NCBI GenBank assembly: GCA_963758525.1
Contig: CAVWVQ010000002.1
Coordinates: 224,001 to 288,000, forward strand
Length of the DNA stretch: 64,000 nucleotides
Reading direction: 5' to 3'
From: an uncultured Phycisphaerales bacterium
Lineage (GTDB): Bacteria; Planctomycetota; Phycisphaerae; Tepidisphaerales; Tepidisphaeraceae
The notes under the pieces were generated by a model. The model did not search any database and had not been told where the DNA came from. It was given only the letters and a program-made list of their open reading frames with translations. Below are positions 30,256 through 40,637 of the stretch, in pieces (position 1 is the first letter of the stretch; every line of letters begins with the position of its first letter). The position numbers were made by a program, and so were the translations under genes.

Positions 30256-32468
30256 ACCCGCAAAAGCCAACCGCGTCGCAATCCGAGCGCCCGATCTCCC
30301 CCACCATCTCCCCCGATGCCGTGGCAATGTCATCCATGGGAGCGGCGCAACAGCCCGACGTCCCGATGTCGTTCGATTCGGCGGGCGCGCTGCTTCGCCA
30401 GCGCGTGCTCGATCCGCCGGCCCATCCGGGAATTCTCGCCAATCTCGATCATTACAGCGTCGACCGCGTCCTGGGCATGGGCGGCATGGGCATCGTCCTG
30501 CAGGCCCGCCATCCCGTGACCGATGCGCAGGTCGCCATCAAGCTGGTTCGACCGGAATTCGTCAACGAGCCAAACGCCGTGCATCGCTTTCTCATCGAAG
30601 CCCGGCACATGCACAACCTCTCGCATCCCAATATCGTGCGGGTGATGGAAGTCTCCGACCGGCCGCGCGGGCCGTATTACGTGATGCCGTTCTATCCCCT
30701 GTCGCTCGCGCAGAAAATTTCGCCCGGAGTACCGCTGAAACGGGAAACGATCATCGAGATCGGCCGGCAGATCGCCGAGGCCGTCGCGTACGCGCATGGG
30801 CATGGCGTGATTCATCGGGACCTCAAGCCGGGAAATGTCCTGCTCGATCGCGAAGGCCACGCCTACGTCTCTGATTTCGGGCTCGTGCGCACCGTGTTCA
30901 ACGACTCGATCGTCGACGTCAATCAGAGTCACTGTGAAGGTACCGCATCCTACATGTCTCCCGCGGTCGCGGCGGGCGAAGCGGAGGACACGCGATGCGA
31001 TATCTACGCGCTGGGCGCGATGCTCTACGAGATGCTCACCGGCTGCCCGCCCTACAGCGGTCCGACGCAGCTCGTGTTGGAGAAGGTTCTCAAAGGGCCG
31101 CCGACCCCGATTCGCGATCTGAATGCCAAGGCCGATGCGCGACTCGTGAAGATCGCCGAGGGAGCGATGGCCCGCGCTCTACGCGATCGCTACGCAGCCG
31201 CGGCGGATATCGCCGCCGATCTGAAGCGCGTGGAGCAGGGACTCGAACCATTCGGTCCCTACGGATCGCCGCGCGGGAAGAATACAGTCCTCTGGACTGG
31301 CATCGCCGGAGTCGTGGCCGTCGTCATTGTCGGCATGGTCCTGCTCAATCCTAATCCGCACAGGGGAGCATCCACTCCGTTCCCTCCGGCGGCCGCGCCG
31401 CCAACCGCGAGTGGTGTCCCCATTTCCCCGCCGTCAGTTCCGTTGCCAATTCCCGCGGCGCCCCTCGCCATCACTCCCCCGCCGCCCGTGCAACCTCCGA
31501 TCAGCGTCGCGCCGGTCAGCAACGCGCTGGTCCAGTTCGATCATTTGAAGGAGAACGAGCTCACGCGCTATCTCGGTCATAGCAACGTGCTCTGTGGCGT
31601 TAAATTCACTCCAGACCAGTTGCATTTCGTGTCGACGGCTGCAGATCGCACTGCCACGCTCGTCGAAATCGCCACCGGAAAGATCATCTGGACCTACCGC
31701 GTCCAGGGCTTTGACCCAGCCATCGCTGCGCCGTCCTTCTCGCCGGACGGCAAGTCCGTACTCCTCCCGGAGTACATCGGCGATGCCGTCCTGCTCGACC
31801 TCGCAACCGGCGCGGTGCGAATGCGGTTTATCGGGCACCGCACCGCGGTCTGCTGCTGCTGCTTCTCGCCCGATGGAAAGTTCGCCGTCACCGGCAGCGG
31901 GCATTGGGAATCCAACCGCCCGCCGGATTACACCGTCCGCGCCTGGGACATCGCCACCGGCAAAGAAGTTCGCCGCTTCGGCGAAGGGGTCTTCAAGCAA
32001 CGCGCCACGCAGGTGCAGGTCTCCCCTGATGGGAAGCTGCTCCTCACCGGCTCCGCCGACAACCTGGTCCGCCTCTGGGATTTCAACACCGGCGCGCTGC
32101 TGAGTGAATTGTCGGGCCACACCGACCGCACCGTCACCGCCGCGTTTAATGCCGATGCGTCGCAGATCATCTCCGCCGACTGGCTCGGGAACGTCCGCAT
32201 GTGGGACACGGCCACCAGAAAGTGCATCCTTAACTACAACACGAGCAACAGCCGTGTGGAATTCGTCCGACTCTCCCCCACCGGCGATCGATTCGCCGAG
32301 GGAGATATCCAGGGCGCGATCACGATCTTCGACACCCCCACCGGCAGAATCCTCGCCCGCTTCGACGCCGAGCAGCACGTTGACGACGGCGACTGGTCCG
32401 CCGACGGCGCCCGCTTCCTCACCGGCGGCTCCGACCGAACCGTCCGGCTCTGGTCCGTGCCACGGTAG
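30252..32468 (+). CDS. Ser/Thr protein kinase with TM helix and WD40 repeats
   Basis: GMGGMG, VAIK, HRDLKPGN, DFG, GTASYMSP; GH..WD repeats. Confidence 0.93.
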   Translation: MNPQKPTASQSERPISPTISPDAVAMSSMGAAQQPDVPMSFDSAGALLRQRVLDPPAHPGILANLDHYSVDRVLGMGGMGIVLQARHPVTDAQVAIKLVRPEFVNEPNAVHRFLIEARHMHNLSHPNIVRVMEVSDRPRGPYYVMPFYPLSLAQKISPGVPLKRETIIEIGRQIAEAVAYAHGHGVIHRDLKPGNVLLDREGHAYVSDFGLVRTVFNDSIVDVNQSHCEGTASYMSPAVAAGEAEDTRCDIYALGAMLYEMLTGCPPYSGPTQLVLEKVLKGPPTPIRDLNAKADARLVKIAEGAMARALRDRYAAAADIAADLKRVEQGLEPFGPYGSPRGKNTVLWTGIAGVVAVVIVGMVLLNPNPHRGASTPFPPAAAPPTASGVPISPPSVPLPIPAAPLAITPPPPVQPPISVAPVSNALVQFDHLKENELTRYLGHSNVLCGVKFTPDQLHFVSTAADRTATLVEIATGKIIWTYRVQGFDPAIAAPSFSPDGKSVLLPEYIGDAVLLDLATGAVRMRFIGHRTAVCCCCFSPDGKFAVTGSGHWESNRPPDYTVRAWDIATGKEVRRFGEGVFKQRATQVQVSPDGKLLLTGSADNLVRLWDFNTGALLSELSGHTDRTVTAAFNADASQIISADWLGNVRMWDTATRKCILNYNTSNSRVEFVRLSPTGDRFAEGDIQGAITIFDTPTGRILARFDAEQHVDDGDWSADGARFLTGGSDRTVRLWSVPR

Positions 32469-32578
32469 AGCGCCACGGCGCGCTTGATCGTTACCACAGG
32501 CTGCAGATGCCCCTCTGTTCAAAAAACCCTCTTCTCCGCGCAGCAGCCGAGTTTGCGCGGATACATGTCCCCTCCCGC

Positions 32579-32724
32579 GTGCGCAGCACTCCGAATTCTT
32601 TAGCCGCCTCGCTCGCGAGGCGTGTCCAGTTGCGCAATTATCATAAATGGCGCCAGTCTGAGGATCCGCGCAACGGGCCACGCCTCGCAAGCAAGGCGGC
32701 TAAAGAATTCGGAGTGCTGCGCAC
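32579..32724. mobile_element. 146-bp MITE-like element
   Basis: Perfect 30-bp terminal inverted repeats (32579-32608 / 32695-32724). Confidence 0.75.
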
Positions 32725-32793
32725 ACCCATCATCATCACAGATCCCGTCTCAATACCGTTGCAACTCCGTCAATCTCCGCCCACACTCGGGCG

Positions 32794-34032
32794 ATGCTCC
32801 GTGCAATGAGCATTCTTCTGCTGCTGATCCTCGCCGGCCGCGGCGCAAGCGCAGCCGCGCCCGTGATCGCCCTTCCCAATCAGCCTCCGACGCCCGGAAT
32901 CACCGGAGACTGGGGCGGGTATCGCAGCAAGCTCGTGAGCGACGGCCTCACCGTCGCCGCGGCGGTGTACGAAGATTATTCCAAAAATTTCCAGGGCGGC
33001 ATCAGCACTTCCAACTACGCGAGCCGCGACTTTTTCGATCTCGACATCACCTTCACGACCGACCAGCTCCTCCCCTGGCACGGTGGGACATTCTTCTTCA
33101 ACTTCCTCGACCACGAAGGCGCCGACGGCACCACCACCCTCACCGGCGACGCCCAGGGCTTCGACAACCAGGACGGCCCGCGCAGCGATCAGATTTATCA
33201 ACTCTACTTCCAGCAGATGTTCGACCACGACCAGTTTCGCCTGAAGGTCGGCCGAATCGATTCCACCACTGACTTCGCCTACACCGCCAATGGCGTTTCG
33301 TTCCTGGGATCGAGCTTCGGCTACAGCCCCGCCATCACGTTGTTTCCAACATACCCCGATCCCGCTTTGGGCGCTGTCCTCTTCTGGACCCCCAACGACA
33401 ATCTCTACGCCACCGGCGGCGTGTCGTACGCCAACCGCTCCGACCGCAGCGGCATTCTCTCCGGAGCGCCTTATCGCGTGCGGGACACTTCCGGCGGCGT
33501 CTTCGTCGCCCTCGAAGTCGGCACGAAGTGGACCATCGACTCCGGCAAACTGCCCGGCCGATTTGCGGTCGGCGGCTATCACCACACCGGCGCTTTCCGT
33601 CGATTTGACGACGTCGATCAGACCGGCGCGAGCGGAATGTTCGCCGTCTTCGACCAGACCCTTTTGCAGACCCAGTTCGTCGATCCCCCTAACGGCGCCG
33701 CCGCTACGGGCCTCGGCCTCTTCGCGCAATACGGCCTCGCCGACGCCGACGTCAACATAATCGATCAACACGTTGGCTCCGGCCTGCAATGGACCGGCCC
33801 CATTCCCACCACGGCCCGCGCTACCGATGTGCTTGGCCTGGGCGCATCCTTCGTCCATTTCAGCCATCAAGCCGCGTTGCCTCACGATCACGAATTGGCC
33901 ATCGAAACCTTCTACAAGTTGCAAATCACTCCCTGGTTCAACCTCCAGCCGGACCTGCAATACATTCTCCATCCCAGCGGCAACCGCCCCGACGCGCTCG
34001 TCGGAACCATCCGCGCCGAACTCGATTTCTGA
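32794..34032 (+). CDS. OprB family carbohydrate porin
   Basis: TGDWGGYRSKL, ETFYK..LQPDLQYILHP, terminal F. Confidence 0.9.
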   Translation: MLRAMSILLLLILAGRGASAAAPVIALPNQPPTPGITGDWGGYRSKLVSDGLTVAAAVYEDYSKNFQGGISTSNYASRDFFDLDITFTTDQLLPWHGGTFFFNFLDHEGADGTTTLTGDAQGFDNQDGPRSDQIYQLYFQQMFDHDQFRLKVGRIDSTTDFAYTANGVSFLGSSFGYSPAITLFPTYPDPALGAVLFWTPNDNLYATGGVSYANRSDRSGILSGAPYRVRDTSGGVFVALEVGTKWTIDSGKLPGRFAVGGYHHTGAFRRFDDVDQTGASGMFAVFDQTLLQTQFVDPPNGAAATGLGLFAQYGLADADVNIIDQHVGSGLQWTGPIPTTARATDVLGLGASFVHFSHQAALPHDHELAIETFYKLQITPWFNLQPDLQYILHPSGNRPDALVGTIRAELDF

Positions 34033-34118
34033 GGAGCAAAGGCCGTCTGGGCTGTGGCCCCAAATCACAGCCATGACGGCGCCGTGACGGCTGTGCTGCA
34101 GGGGAATCGCCCTGCCTA

Positions 34119-34562
34119 CTAACGATGACGTTCTGTGGCCGGCAACGCGACGCGCCGAGGAACGTTTGAATGGAGAACAAAGTAACGACGCGACGCGGGC
34201 CGTGACCGCGGGGTTCCTGAAGCCGTGCGGGCGTAAGCCGACGCGTGCGGCGCGTGGCTTGGTACGTGGGCGGTGGCCGCAGCGTGGCCGGCGGCCCTGG
34301 CAGCCGCGCATGCGATGGGTGAAGCCGCTGCCCGAGCCGCCGCGTGGGCAGCGAACGCGGCGCGTCGTGCTTCGGAGACCTTGATTTCGCCTCGTGCCCA
34401 TGCGCGGGCCGCTTCGATGGCCTGGCGAGGCCGAGTGTCGCCGGGACATGCTTCCTCAAATCGCCACAGCACGCGCTCGGCATCTGACGCCGCTGCGAGT
34501 GCCAGTGCCCGATGCTCAGGCGGCGTGACCGCTGGGGTGAGGTTGGGCGTTCTCTGCCGCAT
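34119..34562 (-). CDS. Imm5-like putative immunity protein (orphan cassette gene)
   Basis: AERVL..FE..PGDTRPRQAIEAARAWARG..AHAAAR..AARAAGHAAATAHV. Confidence 0.75.
   Translation of the reverse strand: MRQRTPNLTPAVTPPEHRALALAAASDAERVLWRFEEACPGDTRPRQAIEAARAWARGEIKVSEARRAAFAAHAAARAAASPIACAAARAAGHAAATAHVPSHAPHASAYARTASGTPRSRPASRRYFVLHSNVPRRVALPATERHR
34121..34219 (-). other. Degenerate attC-like site
   Basis: Shares ctgtggccggcaacgcgacgcgccgaggaac..gacgcgacgcgggccg with attC sites at 48039 and 52904. Confidence 0.65.
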
Positions 34563-34707
34563 ACCGAAGAGCACTTTATCCAGCGTGCGGCAGAAAACCA
34601 TGGCCAGACGGAAGCGGTGCGTCGCACGCCAACCAATCCGAGGCACGCCCCGCCGTTGGAAGTCTTGACCTTTCTTCGTTTTTCGCCCCACCCCTGCCAT
34701 GTTCGGC

Positions 34708-36669
34708 TTACTTCGCTTCATTCAATTCCAGCCGCACGTAGTCATACAGCACGCCATCGGTCCATGCTCGGACGTGCTTGGTCAAGGTGATGATGTTTTC
34801 CCCTTGCTTGAAGAGGGACGCGTCAAACTTCAGGTTCACTTCAGTCAGCGCATCGGAACGGATCCCGTCGCGATGCATGACTCCGGATTCGGGCAGGTCG
34901 CCCGTGGTTCCGATCGATTGGCCGTTCAGCGCCGCGTCAACCGGGCCGCCGCGGGCTCCGCAGATCGCCAGCCGCAGGACGCCGGTTCCCTTCGGAACGT
35001 GGTCCATATTAAATCGGATGTGCCACGTCGTGTCCTGCCATTTACCGTTACCCGCGGGACGCGGCGGCTGGCAATAGTTCCAATCCTTGTGCCAATCGCT
35101 CTTCCCGATGACGAAGTCGACGTCGTTTGGAAATTCCGTCGGATAGAGGTTGTACAAGCCCCACTGCCAGTATTCGTTGCCATGTCGAAATTCCGCGGCC
35201 GTTCGATCCGGAACCCCGATATCCCAAAGCTGCTGGCCGTAGCGCAGCGGCGTCCAGGTCAGCTCCCCTACATCGGTCGTCCTGCCCGCCTCAACCTTTA
35301 CCCCCTCATGGCTGAACGTCCCCAGCACCCCGTCCACAAATGCATAGAGCGTATATGTTCCCGGCCGCGCGTTGGGAATCGTAAAACGCCCCGCGGTGTC
35401 CGCCTGCACCCAATATTGATAGTGCTTCCCATCAAGCTGCCAGTCCATCGTCATCATCGACCCTTTGTTCCCGAGCGCCGCCTGATATGGCGGCTGCGCC
35501 AGCCCCACCCATGCCCCGGCAGCGGTTGGCTTGGGACTCTGCGGCGCCAGAGGATCGTGAATCGAGAGGACGCCGCTGGCGCTCCCGCGCTCCTGTGCGT
35601 GTTCGAATCCGGGGATGTCCGCCCACGCATACGGCCAAGCCTTCTTCTCCTGCGCCGCCCGCGCCTTGGCGTCTTCCCACATCGCCTGCGGGGTGTTACC
35701 GGTGTTGCAATAGATCAGGAACGGCCCCACCGTCTTCTGCCACTGCTCATCGGCCGCAAGCGCAATTCCACGCCCGCCATAGTGCGGACTCTGCCAGATG
35801 AACAACAGTGTCGGATCGGCCGGCAGTGACGCTTTGACATCGAGATGCCCGACATAATCCGTCATCGTCGCCGGACCATTCAGGTATTCGATGCTCGGAT
35901 TCACGATGAACATGCCCACCTTCCGCGTCGTGCTGCTCCAGCCCCATGCCGGCGTCTTTGCGAACAGAACCGAATAGTCGTATTTGTGCTCCACCTCTCC
36001 CTTGCGAATGCCCGTGTTCATCCGCCGCGCTTCCCACAAGTTCAACTGCGTGCCCTTGACCCAATCTTCCGGCGTCACCATGTGCCGCTGCTTCTCATCG
36101 CCGGCCGAGAGGAAGTCGAACACATCTGGATTGAGCTTCCAGCAGACCGTGTTGACCCCATCGTTGAATGCCGGATACCCCGCCTTATGCACGAGCGTCT
36201 CCGAGCCGTAGATCCCTGAGTCGCCGCGACTGAGCGTATAGCGGATCTCCAGGTCCAGAGGCTCGACATCCGCCTCGCCTTTGTATGGAAACCCAAGCAC
36301 GATCTCGCCGATCGCCCCGCCATTTTTTGCCGGGTCCTTGGTCACCGTGTAGCTGGCCGGATGTCCCTTGTTCTGCGCTGGCTTTTCCCCTGGCTCTGAC
36401 CCGTAGACATTCCAATACGCCCCGCCGCGGCTGAGCATATCGAGGCCGCGATACCGCAGTGAGATCAGATTGCCGCTGGGTTTGCTGACTTTCACGGTAA
36501 GGATGCCGTTATCCAGCGTGACGGTGTCGGCGTCGTCGGTGATTGTTACGCCGCCGCCCGCCGCGGCAGGCGATGCCGCAACATCCGCGGCGGCGCGAGC
36601 CGTGGTCGGCCTGTCAATCAGAAACAGCGTCAAAACCAGCAAAAGCAGTCGGCGAGCGGTAAGGTTCAT
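34708..36669 (-). CDS. Rhamnogalacturonan lyase (PL4-like)
   Basis: GEVEHKYDYS, NPSIEYLNG, PGTYTLYAF, LWDIGVPDRTAAEF, YDYVRLE. Confidence 0.85.
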   Translation of the reverse strand: MNLTARRLLLLVLTLFLIDRPTTARAAADVAASPAAAGGGVTITDDADTVTLDNGILTVKVSKPSGNLISLRYRGLDMLSRGGAYWNVYGSEPGEKPAQNKGHPASYTVTKDPAKNGGAIGEIVLGFPYKGEADVEPLDLEIRYTLSRGDSGIYGSETLVHKAGYPAFNDGVNTVCWKLNPDVFDFLSAGDEKQRHMVTPEDWVKGTQLNLWEARRMNTGIRKGEVEHKYDYSVLFAKTPAWGWSSTTRKVGMFIVNPSIEYLNGPATMTDYVGHLDVKASLPADPTLLFIWQSPHYGGRGIALAADEQWQKTVGPFLIYCNTGNTPQAMWEDAKARAAQEKKAWPYAWADIPGFEHAQERGSASGVLSIHDPLAPQSPKPTAAGAWVGLAQPPYQAALGNKGSMMTMDWQLDGKHYQYWVQADTAGRFTIPNARPGTYTLYAFVDGVLGTFSHEGVKVEAGRTTDVGELTWTPLRYGQQLWDIGVPDRTAAEFRHGNEYWQWGLYNLYPTEFPNDVDFVIGKSDWHKDWNYCQPPRPAGNGKWQDTTWHIRFNMDHVPKGTGVLRLAICGARGGPVDAALNGQSIGTTGDLPESGVMHRDGIRSDALTEVNLKFDASLFKQGENIITLTKHVRAWTDGVLYDYVRLELNEAK

Positions 36670-36740
36670 CGTCCTCTGTATATTTCCCGCCCGCTTCAGT
36701 GTTTAACTCAACCCCGCCGGCAGCAAGCTTTCTCGGGAAA

Positions 36741-37097
36741 TCAGAGACACCCTTTTCCCGCGCCCGAACCAGATGATTTCGAAGGGCTCCGTATCCTCCA
36801 CCGTGATGACGACCCTGCGGTGGTGCCGACGTTGAACTCGCGCAATGCGCTCTTCTCTCCGCCGCTCCAGCCCCCGCCGTGGATGATGACGACGGCCGGC
36901 GAGCGGACGGACTTGTTGCGTCCCGCCGGCAGATACAGGTCGAGCTTCTCCGCCCGATCTGGCGCGAGGTACGAGACGTTCTGCTCGATGACGACGCCCT
37001 CGGGCGCGGGAGGCAGCGGCCTGGGGTCGGCGGCGGCGAGGAGTGCGGCATGGGCGAAGCTGCAGAGCAACAGGGCGATCAGATGCCAGCGGTTCAT
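36741..37097 (-). pseudogene. Truncated alpha/beta hydrolase (N-terminus only)
   Basis: Signal peptide, LDLYLP, IIHGGGW; similarity breaks near 36820 with no GxSxG. Confidence 0.65.
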
Positions 37098-37349
37098 AAG
37101 CGATCCCTTCGAATCGAAAATCGTTCGGACGAGGGCGCTCATATCGCGGCCCACGCCTGCGCACGCTTTCGTGGCGCTTGTGACGCTTTCGTAGCGCTTC
37201 GTGGCACTGCCGTCGCATCCGTGGGTGCGGTTCTCAGCAACCCGCGGCTCAAATCAGAATGCGGATGTACTCCCGCGGCCAATGGCTTTAACATCGCCGC
37301 ATTCGCGTCAGCAGTAGCCACTCGCTGCTGGCGACATACCAGGAACCAA

Positions 37350-39248
37350 ATGCCTCGTTACTCCACCTGCCTCGCACTGGGTGCGCTCGCGCTAATCGCG
37401 TGCCAGGTTCGTGCCGAGCCTGTTACCGGATACCTTGAGCTCGACCCTGCCAGAATCGCAAGCATCGCCGCCATGCTGCCCAGTGCGCCGACTGGCATTG
37501 GCAGACCCATTTCCGATCGCACGTACTGGAACTCCCCCGCAATCCGCGACCTTGCCGGCGACCCGATTCCCCAGGCAGAGAAATTGCTCGCTCGTCCCTT
37601 CCCGGCCTGGAGCGATGATGATTACCTCGATTTCTCCCGCACCGGGCAGCGCCCGCGCGGGGAAGCCATGATCCGGTCGAGAAATGCGTGGCTCAAACCC
37701 CTGGTGCTTGCCGAGTGTCTCGAAAACAAGGGGCGCTTTCTTCCCGCGATCCGCCTGGCCCTCCAAGGCTACGTTTCTCAACCCACCTGGACGCTGCCCG
37801 CCCACGACGGCGACCTGAAATGCTTCCATCAGACGAAATTCACAGTCGATCTGGGTGCGTCCTCTTTCGGAGCGGATCTCGCCGAAACGGTCTGGCTGCT
37901 GGAAGATAAACTGGACGCGGGCTTGCGCCAGCGGTTGATCGATGCTATCGACCAGCGATGCCTGATTCCAGTCCGGCAGTCGCTTGCAACCGGAGCAGGC
38001 AATGGGTGGCTTGGGAGCGCCTCCCATTCGGTCGTGAATAATTGGAATGCCGTATGCCTCTCCGGAGTAGTTGGAGCGGCGCTGGCGATCACTCCCGATC
38101 GCCAGGAGCGCGCGACCTTCGCCGCCGCGGGCGAGCACTATATCAACTACTATCTCAACAGCTTTCACCCCAGCGGTTACATCGATGAGGGCGGCGGTTA
38201 CTGGAGCTACGGCTTTGGCCATCTGGCCGTGCTGCGAGAAACTCTAGTGCGGGCAACGGCAGGGCAAATCGATCTGTTCGATTTACCCCGCATTCACGAG
38301 TCAGCGCTATTTGGCCCGAGGTACCAACTCACCGACCACCAGATGCCCACCTTCGCCGATTGCCGATGGGGGACGCGTGCGGACGCCAGTTTAATAGGCT
38401 ACTACAACAAAGTGCTGAATCTTCAACTTCCCGATGCCGATGCGCACCCGAAACTGGTCGGGGGCTCGCTCTATTCCGCGCTTCTCACCCCGACTCCCCT
38501 GTCCCGCCCTCCGCAAAACAACCCACGGAGCGAACCCGACCTCATCGGCATCCGATCCTACTTCAATGATGTGGGAGTGCTTGTATCGCGGCCATCGAGT
38601 CCGCAATGCGAAATGGGCGTGGCCATCAAGGCCGGTGGAAACAGCAGCCACAGTCACAACGATATTGGTTCTTTCGTCATCACCCTCGGCAAGGAGATGC
38701 CCGTGGGCGATCCCGGCGGTCCCTTCGCCTACGACAGCAAAACGTTCGGACCCGACCGATATAAGGTCAAACTGCTCAATTCCTTCGGCCATCCTGTTCC
38801 GGTCGTAGCAGGCCAATTGCAACGCGATGCCACGAAAGTCAAACCCAAAGTGTTGCACACTGATTTCACCGACGATCACGATGAAATCACCATCGACTTG
38901 ACCCCCGCATATGACGCACCCGGCCTCATCAGCCTCAAGCGCACCCTGCGATACCAGCGTGGCGGAACCGGATCAGTCATCCTTCGCGATGAAGTAGCCT
39001 TCAGTCAGGAATCAACCTTCGAACCGGCCCTGACAACGCACGGCACCGTTACAGTGCTGGACGACCGGCACCTGCTCTTCACCCAGGGCAGCCAGCATCT
39101 GCTGGCAGCGATTACCACCCCCGATGGATTCAAGATCACCACCGAGCAGATCACCGACCTGGCCGCGCCCACCTTCACGCGCGTCGGTTTTGTTCTTTCC
39201 AAGCCCGTGAAGTCGGCCACCGTTCAATTTGACTTCACGAAACAGTAG
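37350..39248 (+). CDS. Heparinase II/III-like protein
   Basis: NNWNAVC, EGGGYWSYGF, HSHNDIGSF, NSFGHPVP. Confidence 0.82.
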   Translation: MPRYSTCLALGALALIACQVRAEPVTGYLELDPARIASIAAMLPSAPTGIGRPISDRTYWNSPAIRDLAGDPIPQAEKLLARPFPAWSDDDYLDFSRTGQRPRGEAMIRSRNAWLKPLVLAECLENKGRFLPAIRLALQGYVSQPTWTLPAHDGDLKCFHQTKFTVDLGASSFGADLAETVWLLEDKLDAGLRQRLIDAIDQRCLIPVRQSLATGAGNGWLGSASHSVVNNWNAVCLSGVVGAALAITPDRQERATFAAAGEHYINYYLNSFHPSGYIDEGGGYWSYGFGHLAVLRETLVRATAGQIDLFDLPRIHESALFGPRYQLTDHQMPTFADCRWGTRADASLIGYYNKVLNLQLPDADAHPKLVGGSLYSALLTPTPLSRPPQNNPRSEPDLIGIRSYFNDVGVLVSRPSSPQCEMGVAIKAGGNSSHSHNDIGSFVITLGKEMPVGDPGGPFAYDSKTFGPDRYKVKLLNSFGHPVPVVAGQLQRDATKVKPKVLHTDFTDDHDEITIDLTPAYDAPGLISLKRTLRYQRGGTGSVILRDEVAFSQESTFEPALTTHGTVTVLDDRHLLFTQGSQHLLAAITTPDGFKITTEQITDLAAPTFTRVGFVLSKPVKSATVQFDFTKQ

Positions 39249-39412
39249 ATGGCCGCGCGGGACGAATTTGATTCGGCCGGCGCGGATCCTAAAAGCGCTT
39301 TTAACGCAGCCATCCATGGCCCCCGGTCAACCGTTTGGGAGTCCTCGCTCTTCTGCTGAATCGGCGGTATTGGTTGCAGGCATGAATTGAACAAACTTCG
39401 CGGGATTTGCCT

Positions 39413-40612
39413 TCATTTGCGACCAGCATCTTTGAACCCCCGCCCAAACCCTTCGATCCACCAGTGGTTCGCGTGGAGGCTCGTTTCGCGGGATGAATTC
39501 TGCCAATTCGAAAGGCCCCACGTCCACTTCTGCAGGATCGAATCAAAGGAGTCGCTCGCCAGATCGTACTTCAGTGAGCGGTCGTAATTCATCGATGCCC
39601 AGCCGCCAACGTCGACGCCCTTGTAGGTCCAGACGCACCAGCTCCAGCCAAGATCGTTGTACGCGTTGGCCAGCTCGGCGGCGGAATCGGCGGTGTCCTG
39701 CGGCGCCTTGGTTTCGCCAATGAAGATGGGAACCTGCACGTCGGCACGTGCGCTGATTTTGTGCTGACGGTCGAACTTTTTCATTCGATCCCGCATGCCG
39801 CCGGTCTTCAGGACGTTCTCAGGATAATGCGCCGACCAGACGATGTTGCTCCATCCCGTCCCGGCAATGCTGCCGTAGTCGACCGATTCAAAGATCAGCA
39901 TCCGCTGCGGATCTTCCTGCCGGATGGCGTTGTAGAACGCCCATTGCAGCGCGTTGCCCGGCGAACCCTCTGGCTCGTTGATGACATCAAACCCGGCGAT
40001 GGTTGAGCTGCCGCGATAGTGATGGGCCACCTGTTTCCACAGCGCCGCCATCTGGGCGCGGGCGGCATCACCTGCGGGTGTGATGCGGGAGATGACGTGA
40101 TACTCGCCAGGCCAGATGTGAAGATCGAAGATCACATATAGATCACGCCGTTGCGCTTCGCGCACCACCCAGTCCATGCGCGAATAATCGATGTTGCCCT
40201 CGCCATCGCGCTTCCACGTGCCATCCGCGTTCTGCAGGGTGCGGTAACTGAAAGGAACGCGAAGCAGGTTGCAGCCGTATTTCTGAATCAAGTCCAGATC
40301 CGCGGTGGTGAACCAGTTGTCCTGCCAGGCGTTCATCAGCGCGGCCGCCCTCTTTGGCCCAAACCGATTTTCCAGTTGCTCCAGCGCCAGTCTGCCGCCA
40401 TCGTCGGTCTGCCCGCACATCCAGGATTCGGTGACAAGCCAACCCCCAACGTTCACCCCGCGGAGCTGTACGACGGCATCGCTGCTGTCGCGAATCTGCC
40501 GGCCCTGCGCGTGAAGAGGCAGAACGCTCTGCCCAGGACACGTCCATGGCACCAACACAAAGAGCGCGAAGCACCTCCAACTCGGCTTTCCGATGAACCA
40601 TCCCATCTGCAC
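39413..40612 (-). CDS. GH5 glycoside hydrolase
   Basis: LRGVNVGGWLVTESWM, INEP, FIGE. Confidence 0.88.
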   Translation of the reverse strand: MQMGWFIGKPSWRCFALFVLVPWTCPGQSVLPLHAQGRQIRDSSDAVVQLRGVNVGGWLVTESWMCGQTDDGGRLALEQLENRFGPKRAAALMNAWQDNWFTTADLDLIQKYGCNLLRVPFSYRTLQNADGTWKRDGEGNIDYSRMDWVVREAQRRDLYVIFDLHIWPGEYHVISRITPAGDAARAQMAALWKQVAHHYRGSSTIAGFDVINEPEGSPGNALQWAFYNAIRQEDPQRMLIFESVDYGSIAGTGWSNIVWSAHYPENVLKTGGMRDRMKKFDRQHKISARADVQVPIFIGETKAPQDTADSAAELANAYNDLGWSWCVWTYKGVDVGGWASMNYDRSLKYDLASDSFDSILQKWTWGLSNWQNSSRETSLHANHWWIEGFGRGFKDAGRK

Positions 40613-40637
40613 AACAATATCATGGAGCGGAACGCGC

